DNA of 63,315 bases, filler included, from Octopus bimaculoides (GCF_001194135.2; 6 parts of 5 records of this genome joined end to end with filler, not necessarily neighbours in it); one strand, 5' to 3'; shown: positions 51,495-63,315, numbered from the whole stretch's first letter. Numbers and translations: made by a program. Notes: generated by a model not told the origin, from the sequence alone.

Positions 51495-52120
51495 TAGGTT
51501 GGAACAGTGCACCTCAGTTGCTATTTCTGCAATACTATAGCCTGTACTATAGACAGGAGTGTCATCTCAACGTCTTCCACGTTCGTAACCTGGCTAATAA
51601 GTAGATATAAAGTGGACCGACTGAATCACCAACCGCGCCAAGATACCCAGATACCCAAGATACTCACTTTGCTCCAGCAGTGCTGTCTGTGCTGGCTTGG
51701 CCACGTACATCGCATGCCGGACGGAAGGATCCCAAAAGACCTCCCGTATAGGGAATTGGACACCGGCACAAGAGCACAAGGATGACGTAGTTTCAAAGGA
51801 CGTTTGCAAGAAAGATATGAAGGCAATAGATCTGAACGTCCTGAGATGGGAGGAGATCGCAAATACTGCGGAAGGGGATGAAGCGAGGGGAACAGAAACT
51901 GGAACTTGCCACCAAAGAAAAGCGCACCCGAAGAAAGGAAGAACCAGTAGCGCCAGCAGAGAGTTTCTTCAAATGCAGTCGCTGCGTGCATGACTGCCAC
52001 TCCCGCCTGGACCTGTACAACCACAGGTCCAGATGTACTGCACCACTATCAGCAGCTGACACAAATTCCCTAGGCGCAGATCCATGGTCTCTCGAGACCG
52101 ACGGATGCCTACTACTACTC
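51495..52120 (+). mobile_element. RTE/BovB-like LINE 3' fragment
   Basis: WLGHVHRMPDGRIPKDLPY.EL; KDVCKKDMKA; terminal FKCSRC..DCHSRLDLYNH zinc finger; tail TCTCGAGACCGACGGATGCCTACTACTACT. Confidence 0.9.
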
Positions 52121-53114
52121 CTAAAAGGTACAAATAACTGCCTGTGAATGCTGCATAACGAATGGATTTCTATTAGGGATTTCACTATTTCTCTTTACGA
52201 CATTATCGAATGCCATTGTTGTCACTTTCTGTCAATTTACTTCTATTTTTTTTTTAAACCTCTAAAACTGCACTACTAGATCAGAATCAACGTCAGAATC
52301 AGCACCGGTGAAATGTAACTAAATATTTTATTTATTTATTTGTTTATTTAGTCTGACACTCTGCCGTTTCTGTTACTCTACCACCAATCAAATTACAATC
52401 ATTAAAAATACATTTGGTTACGTTGTTGCTGTTGTTGTAGGTATTTTTAGTTTTAAAGCCCAGATTTTCTCACTGCCGAAACATAGCAGCAGATGATCGG
52501 TGCAGTTGCAATTACATGTGAAACGGTAGTATTTTAGTATTTCCGTTTGCCAGAATATTCCTTATGCTGCATATGAGATTTTAACACAAACATCCACGAA
52601 CCGAGCCGATGAGGAAGTAGTCTCTATAAATTTGTTTGACCCCAGAAAAAAAAAAGAAAAAAAGAATATTCTTTCACATTCCCTTCGTTAAAATGGTTGA
52701 AACTGTTCCTGATTATGTCAGAAAACAAAACGGCATTGACTGTTATAACTAGAACGCCTTTCAAAAAGGTAAAGATTCGTTGTTGAAGGCGGAATGCCAA
52801 ACCAAATATCAATACACGACTTGGTTGTATTTCACGCTTATTCATTTACAATACTGTACATTTTGTGATTCTTTCATTAGTACTTCATAGAGGAGATATA
52901 ACAATATCAGAATATGACCAGAATTATTTCCCGTTCTTGCTGAAATGCTTAACGACAATTAATATCCACTTAGATAATATGTTTTCCTCGCTACATTACT
53001 ATTTTTTGAGCTTCATATTTTTATTTTTTATTTTTATGATCACCAGATTGGATACGTTAACAATGACTGCGTAAAATATAGAAGACGTTGGACTATGACT
53101 CGTTAGCTGGTTCC

Positions 53115-53215
53115 CATACATTTCCCTGAGGAGAAGTTTACATTTTTAACATCACCGATTCCTATGGATCGCATAAATTGTAATTCTTCGAAACATATGT
53201 CGGAATAAAAGTATG
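53115..53215 (+). ncRNA. type I hammerhead ribozyme candidate, canonical core
   Basis: CATAC-AT-TTCC | CTGAGGA | GAAG..CTTC | GAAA-C-ATAT-GTC | GGAA-TAAAA-GTATG. Confidence 0.85.
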
Positions 53216-54899
53216 CAGTTATAACATGCGTTTACTCCATTCTTTAAATTTATATATACTCAAATACCCAAAATATCAAGGAGTTTCTGCCTCACAAACA
53301 GGAGTTACACTACAGTTATTTTGTGATCTTTGCTACCCTGGTTTCTATTAACCCATTTATTTTATCCGAATTATTCTTAATTAGNNNNNNNNNNNNNNNN
53401 NNNNNNNNNNNNNNNNNNNNNNNNNNNNNNNNNNNNNNNNNNNNNNNNNNNNNNNNNNNNNNNNNNNNNNNNNNNNNNNNNNNNNNNNNNNNNNNNNNNN
53501 NNNNNNNNNNNNNNNNNNNNNNNNNNNNNNNNNNNNNNNNNNNNNNNNNNNNNNNNNNNNNNNNNNNNNNNNNNNNNNNNNNNNNNNNNNNNNNNNNNNN
53601 NNNNNNNNNNNNNNNNNNNNNNNNNNNNNNNNNNNNNNNNNNNNNNNNNNNNNNNNNNNNNNNNNNNNNNNNNNNNNNNNNNNNNNNNNNNNNNNNNNNN
53701 NNNNNNNNNNNNNNNNNNNNNNNNNNNNNNNNNNNNNNNNNNNNNNNNNNNNNNNNNNNNNNNNNNNNNNNNNNNNNNNNNNNNNNNNNNNNNGATAAAA
53801 TAAAATAAACAACAAATGAAATATGGATATGGTGAGGGGAATTAGTAAGGTCATTGCTGGAGTTTTTGCTTTATTTTTATCTATTTGAACGCCTATTTAA
53901 TTTGATAATGGAAGGATGGCATAAAGGAAATGGCATACATGACTGATTCACACACATTAGGAATAAGTGTAAGGAGCCCTTGTAGATAAGACGCTTTTCT
54001 TTCTCTGTCTCTCTGCGTTTCTCCTCTCTATCCAAAAAAAAAAAACGCACGCGCAATCGCAATTCTAAACACACATGTATAATTAATTACATTCACGAAC
54101 ATATAAAATCTCTCAAGTATATAATTTTTAAATGTATACTATAAGCACTCGCGCACACGCATGCATGTACACAGTATTGTTATATTTACTATTATTATTG
54201 TGATGGAGATTGAAATTGGCAGATTTGGGCAAAGATCTGTCCCAAGTCTTGTGGTATTGCCCAGTTATTTTGTAAACATTTTAACTAATGCAAAATGTAT
54301 TGTCTGGTTCCAAATTAAAAAATTATTATTGCTATTCTTATTAATTCTGATCGGCAAACATACAGTAAATAGTAGACGGGAAAATATTGTAAATGAAAAC
54401 GAAATTTGGTTTTTAGTTAGAAAAAAAATATTTGTTAAAAAAAGGCAAACCTAACGATAATTGTTAGCAACTATTAAAGTAATAGGGAAGATAATTTCAG
54501 GACATTAATTTTCCAAAAAATTGACAAGTTGTGCTTAGAGAGAGCAATAACTGATCTTTATTTGGCAACAGAGAGATACAGTTGTGTGTGTGTGTGTCCG
54601 TGTCTGTGTCTGTGCAATTCATTATATATGTATATATAATGAATTACATATATATATGTATGTATATATAATGAATTATATATATATGTGTGTGTGTGTA
54701 TATATATATATATATAATTCATTATACACACACACAGATATATATNNNNNNNNNNNNNNNNNNNNNNNNNNNNNNNNNNNNNNNNNNNNTTAATTAATTA
54801 ANNNNNNNNNNNNNNNNNNNNNNNNNNNNNNNNNNNNNNNNNNNNAGAACATAAAGCCAGGCGAAATAACGCTAAGTATTTCGCCTGGCTTGCTAACGT

Positions 54900-55134
54900 T
54901 TCTTATTTCTTTATTGCACACAAGGGGCTAAACATAGAGGGGACAAACAAGGACAGAGAAAGGGATTAAGTCGATTACATCAACTCCAGTGCGTAACTGG
55001 TACTTAATTTATCGACCCCCGAATGGATGAAAGGCAAAGTCGACCTCGGCGGAATTTGAACTCAGAACGTAACGACTGACGGAATACCGCTGAGCATTTC
55101 GCCCGGTGTGCTAACGTTTCTGCCAGCTCGCTGC
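54900..55134 (-). mobile_element. SINE family B, near full length
   Basis: Minus head GCAGCGAGCTGGCAGAAACGTTAGCAC..GTTCTGAGTTCAAATTCCGCC. Confidence 0.9.
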
Positions 55135-56521
55135 TAACAGAGCAGTAAAATTGATAATTGAGTCGACAACGTTGTGTTGCTGGGCTTTTGGTTTCTTGTT
55201 TAAAATGTCCCCATTGGCAGGAATTGAACTCAACTACATAGATTTGAAAGCAGTTCAAAAATATAATAAGAGAAGGACGAAAAATTATTTGCTTGTACAA
55301 TGGTACTTACAAATGAATTGTATGTATTAATTAACGTACCATGTATTCACTAATCGTATTGAGTACCTACGTACCGCGGACACATAACACGTCATCATTT
55401 TTTTGACCCTGCGCAACGGATAGGAAGGAAGAAAGGTAGTTGGCATCGAAACTGTACTGCTGCTCATTGAAAGGGAATGTCTTGCTCATGGATATAATGA
55501 GCTGCCTGGTCAAGGAATTGAACCTGTAACGTTATGATCGCTAACTGGATATGGTAATCATTTGGCCACATATAAGTGAACCGAAATTAATCGCCAGTTC
55601 ACTGTAGGACCAGTATAATATGCTGTTTAATTTTGTTGGTAGAAACAAGCCGATCTAATAACCATGAGCCTCTATGTAGTCAGCTGATGCGCTAGAAATA
55701 GCAGCTTAATCTCAGCCTGTTGCTTTGACCATTTTGACAGCAATCTACTTGATTCCGCCTGTTTAAATAATTGCAATTAAATACTTCCTTGAAAATTTCA
55801 TGTTAATTTATGCTTTAAACAGTGATGGAAGTAACAAGCACAAAGACAATGATTCATCCGCACATATACACATTCGTACATACACCACTTAAAAACCGGT
55901 GTTGGTTTGTTTATGTACCAGTAACTTAACGGATTGGTAAAGAATTCGATGGTTCCAGAATGAAAAATAAGCAATGGGTTGATTTTCTGTTTTAACCCTT
56001 CAAAGTGGTGCCCGAGGATGGCTGCAGTTTAATGATTGAATCATGTAAAACATGAACGAAATAGCAGATGCGTCCAGGCGGGCGTACATATACGTATTTT
56101 TTTTTAAAAAAGATTGGATCTATTCCATCTCAATCACAGATTTTTTTAATTAATTTTTTTTAACTAAACACTTTGAAACTTCATATACTGGTAGGATTTC
56201 TCACGTAGGATACGGTTTACTCTAAACGTTTTTGACTAAATTTCGTATTTTAGAAGTTATTTCGTGTTAAAGTTGTCGTATTTGGGTAATTTCAACCAAT
56301 CAACGACGTGTATTCGGTTGAAGAAAGCTACTGCTGTTTGCGACAATAATCGAAGAGGAACAACTTCCGGGTCATCTCTATTAAATGTCACTACGAGTCC
56401 GCAGCTAGTTTTTTTGTTGTTGACGAATGTATTTAGTTTGCCTTATTTTACAATTATGAAATGCATTGTTATTGTCATGATTTTATCTTACTGTAAACAA
56501 CAACAAACACATTTCGTCAAT

Positions 56522-56900
56522 ATACTGGGTTGGCAACTAAGTTCCCACCGTTTTTTTTAAATTTAAATTTTTAAAAAGGTTTTATAAAAAACAACAACTA
56601 ATTAATCAATAATGTATTCACCCTTGTTGTTTACGTCTTCTTCCCAATGTTCAACAAGATTTTCAATACCTCGTTTTTAGAAATCACCCGATTTCGACTC
56701 GTAAAATTGATTCAACCAAGCTCTCAGTTCTGCATCAGTATTCATCGAAACTCCACGAATTGCATATGAATGAGTGCAACGTTCAATATATATATGAGTG
56801 GAGAAATTCAAAATGGCTGACGACTAGCATCACGCTTGAAACTCAAGAGTACCAACGAATTTGAATCAAACTGTTTTGATGCAAACACAGACACCCACAT
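56522..56900 (-). mobile_element. mariner deletion derivative
   Basis: TIR-like TACTGGGTTGGCAACTAAGTT; NTDAELRAWLNQFYESKSGDF*KRGIENLVEHWEEDVNNKGEYIID* (mariner C-terminus). Confidence 0.85.
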
Positions 56901-57127
56901 ATATATGTATATGTTATATACGTATGTATGTATGTATATCAGGCAAGATCTTATCGCGGGGGAGGGGACAAAAAAGATATACCGTTAGATATATAAATAT
57001 ATAGATATATGAGAGCATTTTTTTAATTTTCATATTTCCCTGTATACTTTCTCTATCGCTCCCTTTCCAAATTAACTTCTTGCAAAATGAACTCTACTAA
57101 TTCCTTCTATTGAAACTCTCTCAACTC

Positions 57128-57175
57128 GTCTCTGATGATGAGATATCTTTTATATCCCTGAAACAGCTGTAAGAC
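57128..57175 (+). ncRNA. minimal hammerhead-like motif
   Basis: GTCT | CTGATGA | T-GAGATAT-CTTTT-ATATCCC-T | GAAA-CAGCT-GTA | AGAC. Confidence 0.65.
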
Positions 57176-57494
57176 CACCTTTCTCTTTATAAATGTTCTA
57201 GAAACATCACATTACATTGGATTTGTTATGTTATTTAATTTAGTCCTGCTATTTGTATTTCTGTACCATTTCTCCGTTTTTTTTTGTTTTTTTTTTTTTG
57301 CTTTTTTTTTTGCCGTCCTTGTTTTCGTATACATTCGCTGCTTTCTTCCAAGGAATCTCATGCTCTTAGCTTAGATTTTCTTTGGGGCTGGCCAGATTGG
57401 AGCAATCTCAAATATAGCCAGCCGAAATTGCAAAGATAATCTGGAACTCGACTGACAAAAGAAAACTCTTTTTTTTTACTCTTTTTTTTTTACT

Positions 57495-57710
57495 CTTTTA
57501 CTTGTTTCAGTCATTTGACTGCGGCCATGCTGGAGCACCGCCTTTAGTCGAGCAAATCGACCCCGGGACTTATTCTTTGTAAGCCTAGTACTTATTCTAT
57601 CGGTCTCTTATGCCGAATCGCTAAGTCACGGGGACATAAACACACCAGCATCGGTTGTCAAGCAATGCTAGGGGCACAAACACAGACACACAAACACACA
57701 CACACACATA
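57495..57710 (-). mobile_element. SINE family A tail
   Basis: TTTTACTTGTTTCAGTCATTTGACTGCGGCCATGCTGGAGCACCGCC... Confidence 0.9.
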
Positions 57711-58720
57711 TNNNNNNNNNNNNNNNNNNNNNNNNNNNNNNNNNNNNNNNNNNNNNNNNNNNNNNNNNNNNNNNNNNNNNNNNNNNNNNNNNNNNNNNNN
57801 NNNNNNNNNNNNNNNNNNNNNNNNNNNNNNNNNNNNNNNNNNNNNNNNNNNNNNNNNNNNNNNNNNNNNNNNNNNNNNNNNNNNNNNNNNNNNNNNNNNN
57901 NNNNNNNNNNNNNNNNNNNNNNNNNNNNNNNNNNNNNNNNNNNNNNNNNNNNNNNNNNNNNNNNNNNNNNNNNNNNNNNNNNNNNNNNNNNNNNNNNNNN
58001 NNNNNNNNNNNNNNNNNNNNNNNNNNNNNNNNNNNNNNNNNNNNNNNNNNNNNNNNNNNNNNNNNNNNNNNNNNNNNNNNNNNNNNNNNNNNNNNNNNNN
58101 NNNNNNNNNNNNNNNNNNNNNNNNNNNNNNNNNNNNNNNNNNNNNNNNNNNNNNNNNNNNNNNNNNNNNNNNNNNNNNNNNNNATATATATATAAATTCG
58201 TCTCTAATTCCTGTCTTTATTCCAAGTACATTTTACTGAGGGCTGTACGTGTAGTTCGTTTTATGCTTTTGTATAATCCATTGTGTATAAATGGATAACA
58301 GGAAAATGTATATATTTGTTGTTGCGTATGTATATGGAAGGGTGTTTGCGTAGGAATTTTTCTCTATTTTTGTTTCAGTGACAATATATTTGTAGCTAAA
58401 TGAGTGTTATTCAGTGTAGTTTGAAAAAATCCCAAATGATTGTTTTGGGCATTAAATATTAAATGCAATCCATCTAATATCCCTTGATAATTAGAATTAA
58501 TTAGACACACACACACACTCACTCAAACGCACACACATAAATACAAAGTCACGGTCGCACACACGTGTACATTAGTATATAGATGTATACATGTGTGTGT
58601 GTGCGTACATGAGTATGTACATACGTATATATAACTACATTTGTTTATATTTGTATATATGTGTATATATATATGCATATATATATGTATGTGTGTATGT
58701 GTGTGTATATATATATATAT

Positions 58721-59016
58721 GGGAGATTATACAAAAAATAACAACAGACGAGGACAGGTGGTGTAAATAACAAAAGTATATATTAGTATGACGCTCGGGA
58801 ATACGGAAAGTCTTTGACGTTTCGAGCTACGCTCTTCAACAGAAAGAATACGGAGACAAGGAGAAAAACACGGAGAAAAAAAATTGAATAGTGTTCAGTC
58901 AACGGTCAATCATAATAATGGCCGATCATAACAATGGCTGACTGACCGGAAGTTAGAAATTCTTATTTCAGGAGAGCTAAGAAAGGGGGAGATAACGAAC
59001 GGTGATCGGGAACGAG
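58721..59016 (-). mobile_element. PLE terminal-repeat/tail fragment
   Basis: Carries a hammerhead-like motif, homologous to 3445-3600, and lies next to the PLE cluster. Confidence 0.6.
58811..58847 (-). ncRNA. minimal hammerhead variant (CUGUUGA core)
   Basis: Minus: TCTTT | CTGTTGA-A | GAGC-GTA-GCTC | GAAA-C-GTC | AAAGA. Confidence 0.55.
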
Positions 59017-59116
59017 NNNNNNNNNNNNNNNNNNNNNNNNNNNNNNNNNNNNNNNNNNNNTTAATTAATTAANNNNNNNNNNNNNNNNNNNNNNNNNNNN
59101 NNNNNNNNNNNNNNNN

Positions 59117-59180
<64 letters not shown>

Positions 59181-59478
59181 CCATACATATATATATACGT
59201 AATGCTAGAACATCCCAATGCTACACATAGATATGTCTGAACATTTGTAGAGATGAGCCATATTTAGAATAAAGAATTCAAATTCTCCACTTTACCTTCA
59301 AACATTGAATTGTAGGAAGGATTCCTTGATGAAGTGTTGTGTGTGTGACTGTGTGGGTGGTTGTGAATATATCCATTTTATACTGTGTAACTTTGACCAT
59401 GACTCTTTCAATTCCATGATTTTGCATTAGAAAACATTAGTATAACACTTATAAAACGTACTGTCTTCCGCTTTTCTT

Positions 59479-60029
59479 TCAAACATTCAACTTTGGAGAG
59501 AATGTTTTGATGAAATGTAGCTCCAATGCTTTTCGGTATTGTAGATCGTCCCGTGCACATTTGTAAAAGGGAAACATTTTGAATTTTCCGTCACCACATA
59601 TTTCCAGATGCTTACTTAATGGAATCTTGCATAATTCTTCTTGTTGGATATGTTGCCTGTGGATTCTTGCACATTGGCAGAGGGAATTATTTGTTTTCCC
59701 AATGTAATTCTCTTTGCAGCTTGGGTAGGTAATGCAGTATATGAGATTTTGCAGTTCATAACTGTATTTATTTTGAAATGGGATCTGCTCTTGAATTTTA
59801 TGTGGGAACCACTTTCCAAGTATTTGAAGTTGTTGATATTGTTGCATGTTCCACATCTCCTATCCCCACATTCTTTTAGTGAGAATTGTGATTCATTCTT
59901 TGATTTGAATTCTGCCCTTGTGAGGTGTTTATAAGATTTTTGGTTGACATCTGCTATTCCGTAAGGTGTTTTTTCAGTCAGAGTTTTCATTTTGGGGCTT
60001 TGTAGGAGTATAGGTAAGTTCGATTTCAA
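59479..60029 (-). mobile_element. PLE GIY-YIG endonuclease region (5'-truncated, frameshifted)
   Basis: ECGDRRCGTC cysteine linker; NLIYCITYPSCKENYIGKT...RIHRQHI...RKALELHFIKTFSPKLN*. Confidence 0.95.
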
Positions 60030-61267
60030 GTCTCAAAAGGAAAATGGGTACTAAAGTTTCCCCAACTTATGCCAATCTGGTGATGGCCTACCTAGAATTA
60101 CAAATCAATGAAAATTCATATCAAAATATGGCCTGTCTTTCCACAAATACCTGTTGGAGAATTGGAAACGCTATTTGGATGACTGTCTCATCCTATCGTC
60201 TCACACACTCAAACAACTCAATGAATTCAAAAATTTAATCAACAATGTCAACAACCATATTCAATTTACAATGGAATATAGTCAAGACCAACTGCCATTT
60301 CTAGACATTCTTATTATAAATAAAAGTCGCCAACATTAAAACTGATATCCACTACAAACCAAATGATTCCAAACAATACTCCTGTTCACCTCCAATCACC
60401 CAAAGCACATGAAGACAAACATCCCCTTCAATCTAGCGAGAAGAATCTGTACAATTGTCTCAAATTATAGAACGTGAAATAAAATACTCCAAGAACTAAA
60501 GGCAATTCTTCTTGAAAGGCAGTACCCAGCATCATTAGTTGACAATGGAATAGAACGGGCCAAGACAATCGATATCCAAGACTTACAAAAACCAAAACAC
60601 TCAAGGTACTTTATCTATCAACCCACAATCCAAGAAATACAGAAGCTAACATGATTATATATAAGAACATCCCACTACTGAATCAAGACCCGCATCTAAA
60701 AAAAGCACTTGAAGCCCATAAAATAATAAAAAGCAAAAGACAACCCAAATCCCTAAAAAACTTACTAACCAATGCAAAATTACCCAACACAAGCCCAACA
60801 CCCACCGTCAAAAAATGTGGTCGATCTAACTGCAGGACTTGTATCCACCTCATTGAAGGAACAATATACAAATTCCTGTCAGGACACACTTTTGTTGTAA
60901 AAACTAACTTCACCTGTGCATCAAAGAATTTACTTTATGCCATTAGGTGTGAAAGGTGCCACAAAGACTACATAAGGCAGACTAGTCTTACCCTCAGAAA
61001 TAGGATGACAGTCCACCGCCAATAATCGAGGCACCCCACCACAAAACAGAAACCACTTAGTTCTCTGTGCACAAAACAAGTCTCCCAAATTCCTAGTTTT
61101 CCCACTGTACCAATGCCCAGACAACACCACTGACCAAACACAAATAAATAAGTAGAACATACTTATTCAAAAATACAGACTATAACTCAACATACTCTAA
61201 CATGCTCCCCAGATACACATCCACAACAAACACACAGAGAAACACACAGATGTACAAACACATACAC

Positions 61268-61321
<54 letters not shown>

Positions 61322-62039
61322 ACTTATTTGGAAATGGGTGGCAGCTGATGAAGGAAATGTTCTCTATGTGGCCTGTGTGTTTTCTGTACTCTGTTCCTCA
61401 TTTTGTCTGTTTTGTTTACAACGTCCTGTACCCAGATATGTATCTATATATACAGGTAGATGTAGGTATGTACATACATGTACGTATATATGCATATACT
61501 CATTTATTATTTGCATTACATGATCGAACGCACGCGTCATCCCTGCAAGTAAGTTTTGAACCTTATTTTCTGACGCGATTCTATCTATCTTTCTATCTTT
61601 GTATCCTTTCCCCACTCTCGTTCTTCCTTCTGTTACTACTATATCTCTCTCTTCCTCCCTGTCTCTCGTTGCTCACCTATCTTCTACTTCCTCCCCTTTT
61701 TTATCCCTCTACCACTCTTTCTCCTTACCCCTCGCTGGTCACATGTGTCCAGTCCTACTTCCTTTCTTCCTTGGCTATCACCAAGCACGCACACGAACAA
61801 CCTTCCTTCCAGTTCGTTGCTTCACAGCGTTCAATATACACAATTTTTCACGTCTAGCCGTATAGCCTTTTTTGTTTATTTTACTGTTTCGTTTTCCTGT
61901 CTTGTTTTCTGTCTGCAACTGCATTCCTCCATGGTACAAATTTAATTTGTGGTCCGTGGGAAGAGCCATTTTAACGATGTGTCCTGCCCTAACTCTTCGA
62001 AACGCCAGTGTTAGAATGGTGGCAGCTGATGAAGGAAAT
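60030..62039 (+). mobile_element. 5'-truncated PLE: RT C-terminal half, GIY-YIG, 3' terminal-repeat region
   Basis: MGTKVSPTYANLVMAYLE, WKRYLDDCLIL, QFTMEYSQDQLPFLDIL, KCGRSNCRTC, NLLYAIRCERCHKDYIRQT; 22-bp direct repeat GGTGGCAGCTGATGAAGGAAAT at 61337 and 62018. Confidence 0.95.
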
Positions 62040-62663
62040 CATCCACCCTCAATTAAGAAATCGTTAACATATAATATAGGTAAGAGAATATCGTTACTCT
62101 CTTCTAATTTTGAGGTCTTCCAAAAACCTGCACCTTATTATAATGAAGCCCTTCGTGAGGTGGGATATACTAATAATATTAAATTCTTTGATAATTCGAA
62201 ATATAATTATAATATCAAAGATCATAATATTAATGATCCATTTATTTTCTATAATAATAAGCATAACATTAAGAATTATGATAAGGTCTACTTAGTTAAT
62301 AATGGTAAGAATAGTAAGTATTATGATAATAAAAAACATAAACAGAATCAGAATGGACAGAATAATAAGATTAAATTTAATTCATTTAATGATAATAATA
62401 AATTTGATAATATAAATAATTATAATTATAATAATATCAATACTAAAAACAAAATTACGGCGTTCAAGTTAAATCTAACATTATTAAAAAAGATTTGAAA
62501 TATAATTGATATATTCCTTAGAGATAATAAAAAATATAATAATATGTTTTCTAGTAATAATTTGGGAGTTGGTTATTCTACTACGAATGATGTTGGTAAC
62601 ATTAATTAATCTTCTAATAGATTTAAGTTAAATAAGTTACAAATATAAATTCAATATTTATTC

Positions 62664-62699
<36 letters not shown>

Positions 62700-63133
62700 G
62701 GACCAGGATATAATTAATTGTACATGTAAAGATAACACCAAATGTAAATTTAATAATAAATGTGATTTGAAGGATGTGGTGTATAAATGTATAGTGACTT
62801 TAATTGCTGGGAATAATTTAATGGTTATAATTCAAATAAGATTTACATAGGATCGACTTTGAATAAAATTAAAATACATGTCGCTCAACACATGAATTCC
62901 TTTAAGAATAGAAATTTGATTAATTCTACTGGCCTAATAAATATATTTGGGAACTAAAATCTAAAAATATTAAGTACATTTTAAATTAGGAAATAGTTTG
63001 TAATGCGAAATCTTATCGTATAGGTAGTAATTATTGTATGTTGTGTACTAATGAATACTTTGATTAACTCCATTGATGAAGGTAAAATTAAATGTAGACA
63101 TAAATTAAATTGTTTATATAATAAGTTTAGCTA
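62037..63133 (+). mobile_element. AT-rich PLE of a different family: RT thumb and GIY-YIG relic
   Basis: NHPPSIKKSLTYNIGKRISLLSSN..APYYNEAL..GY; NCTCKDNTKCKFNNKC..DVVYKC; KIYIGST; IWELK; CMLCTNE. Confidence 0.9.
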
Positions 63134-63315
63134 ATTGTGTGTATATATATGTATATATGTGTGTGTATATATATATATATGTAGATGTATTTTTTATTAA
63201 AAAAAAAATATAAGTAAACATTTAGATGTTTGTGTGTGTGTAAATATAAATGTGTGTATACGATTGTGTATACAAGTTTATGTGAGAGTGTATGTCCACA
63301 TATGTATGTATGTGT

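Noticed and set aside
61952-62010. GAAGAG...CTCTTC-GAAACGCC hairpin in the PLE terminus
   Set aside because: No CUGANGA upstream, no NUH triplet and no stem I; cannot be called a ribozyme
63070-63090. TTGATGAAGG resembling a hammerhead core
   Set aside because: Lies in the PLE coding tail (IDEGKIKCRHK) with no GAAA partner or stems

Overview
Eukaryotic, AT-rich, microsatellite-saturated, heavily gapped draft scaffold with no recognisable host gene, rRNA, true tRNA gene or CRISPR array. The repeat families and (TA)n/(CA)n/(GATA)n load look like an octopus genome (inference from pattern recognition, not a database result). Content: many tRNA-derived SINEs, RTE and Tx1/L1-like LINE fragments, decayed mariner, hAT and piggyBac-like elements, a probable solo LTR, and a dense set of Penelope-like element (PLE) relics, including three different PLEs abutting at 59.5-63.1 kb. 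Two sets of signals stand out. (1) Six type I hammerhead-ribozyme-like motifs from about four sequence families, all with a self-complementary stem III; two (34152, 53115) have a full canonical core and covary with each other. (2) A dispersed set of 200-400 nt fold-back elements; three follow a shared GTGGCCAGCAT motif, and their arm mismatches lean towards G-U on one strand. All structures were folded by eye and none is experimentally or computationally confirmed.
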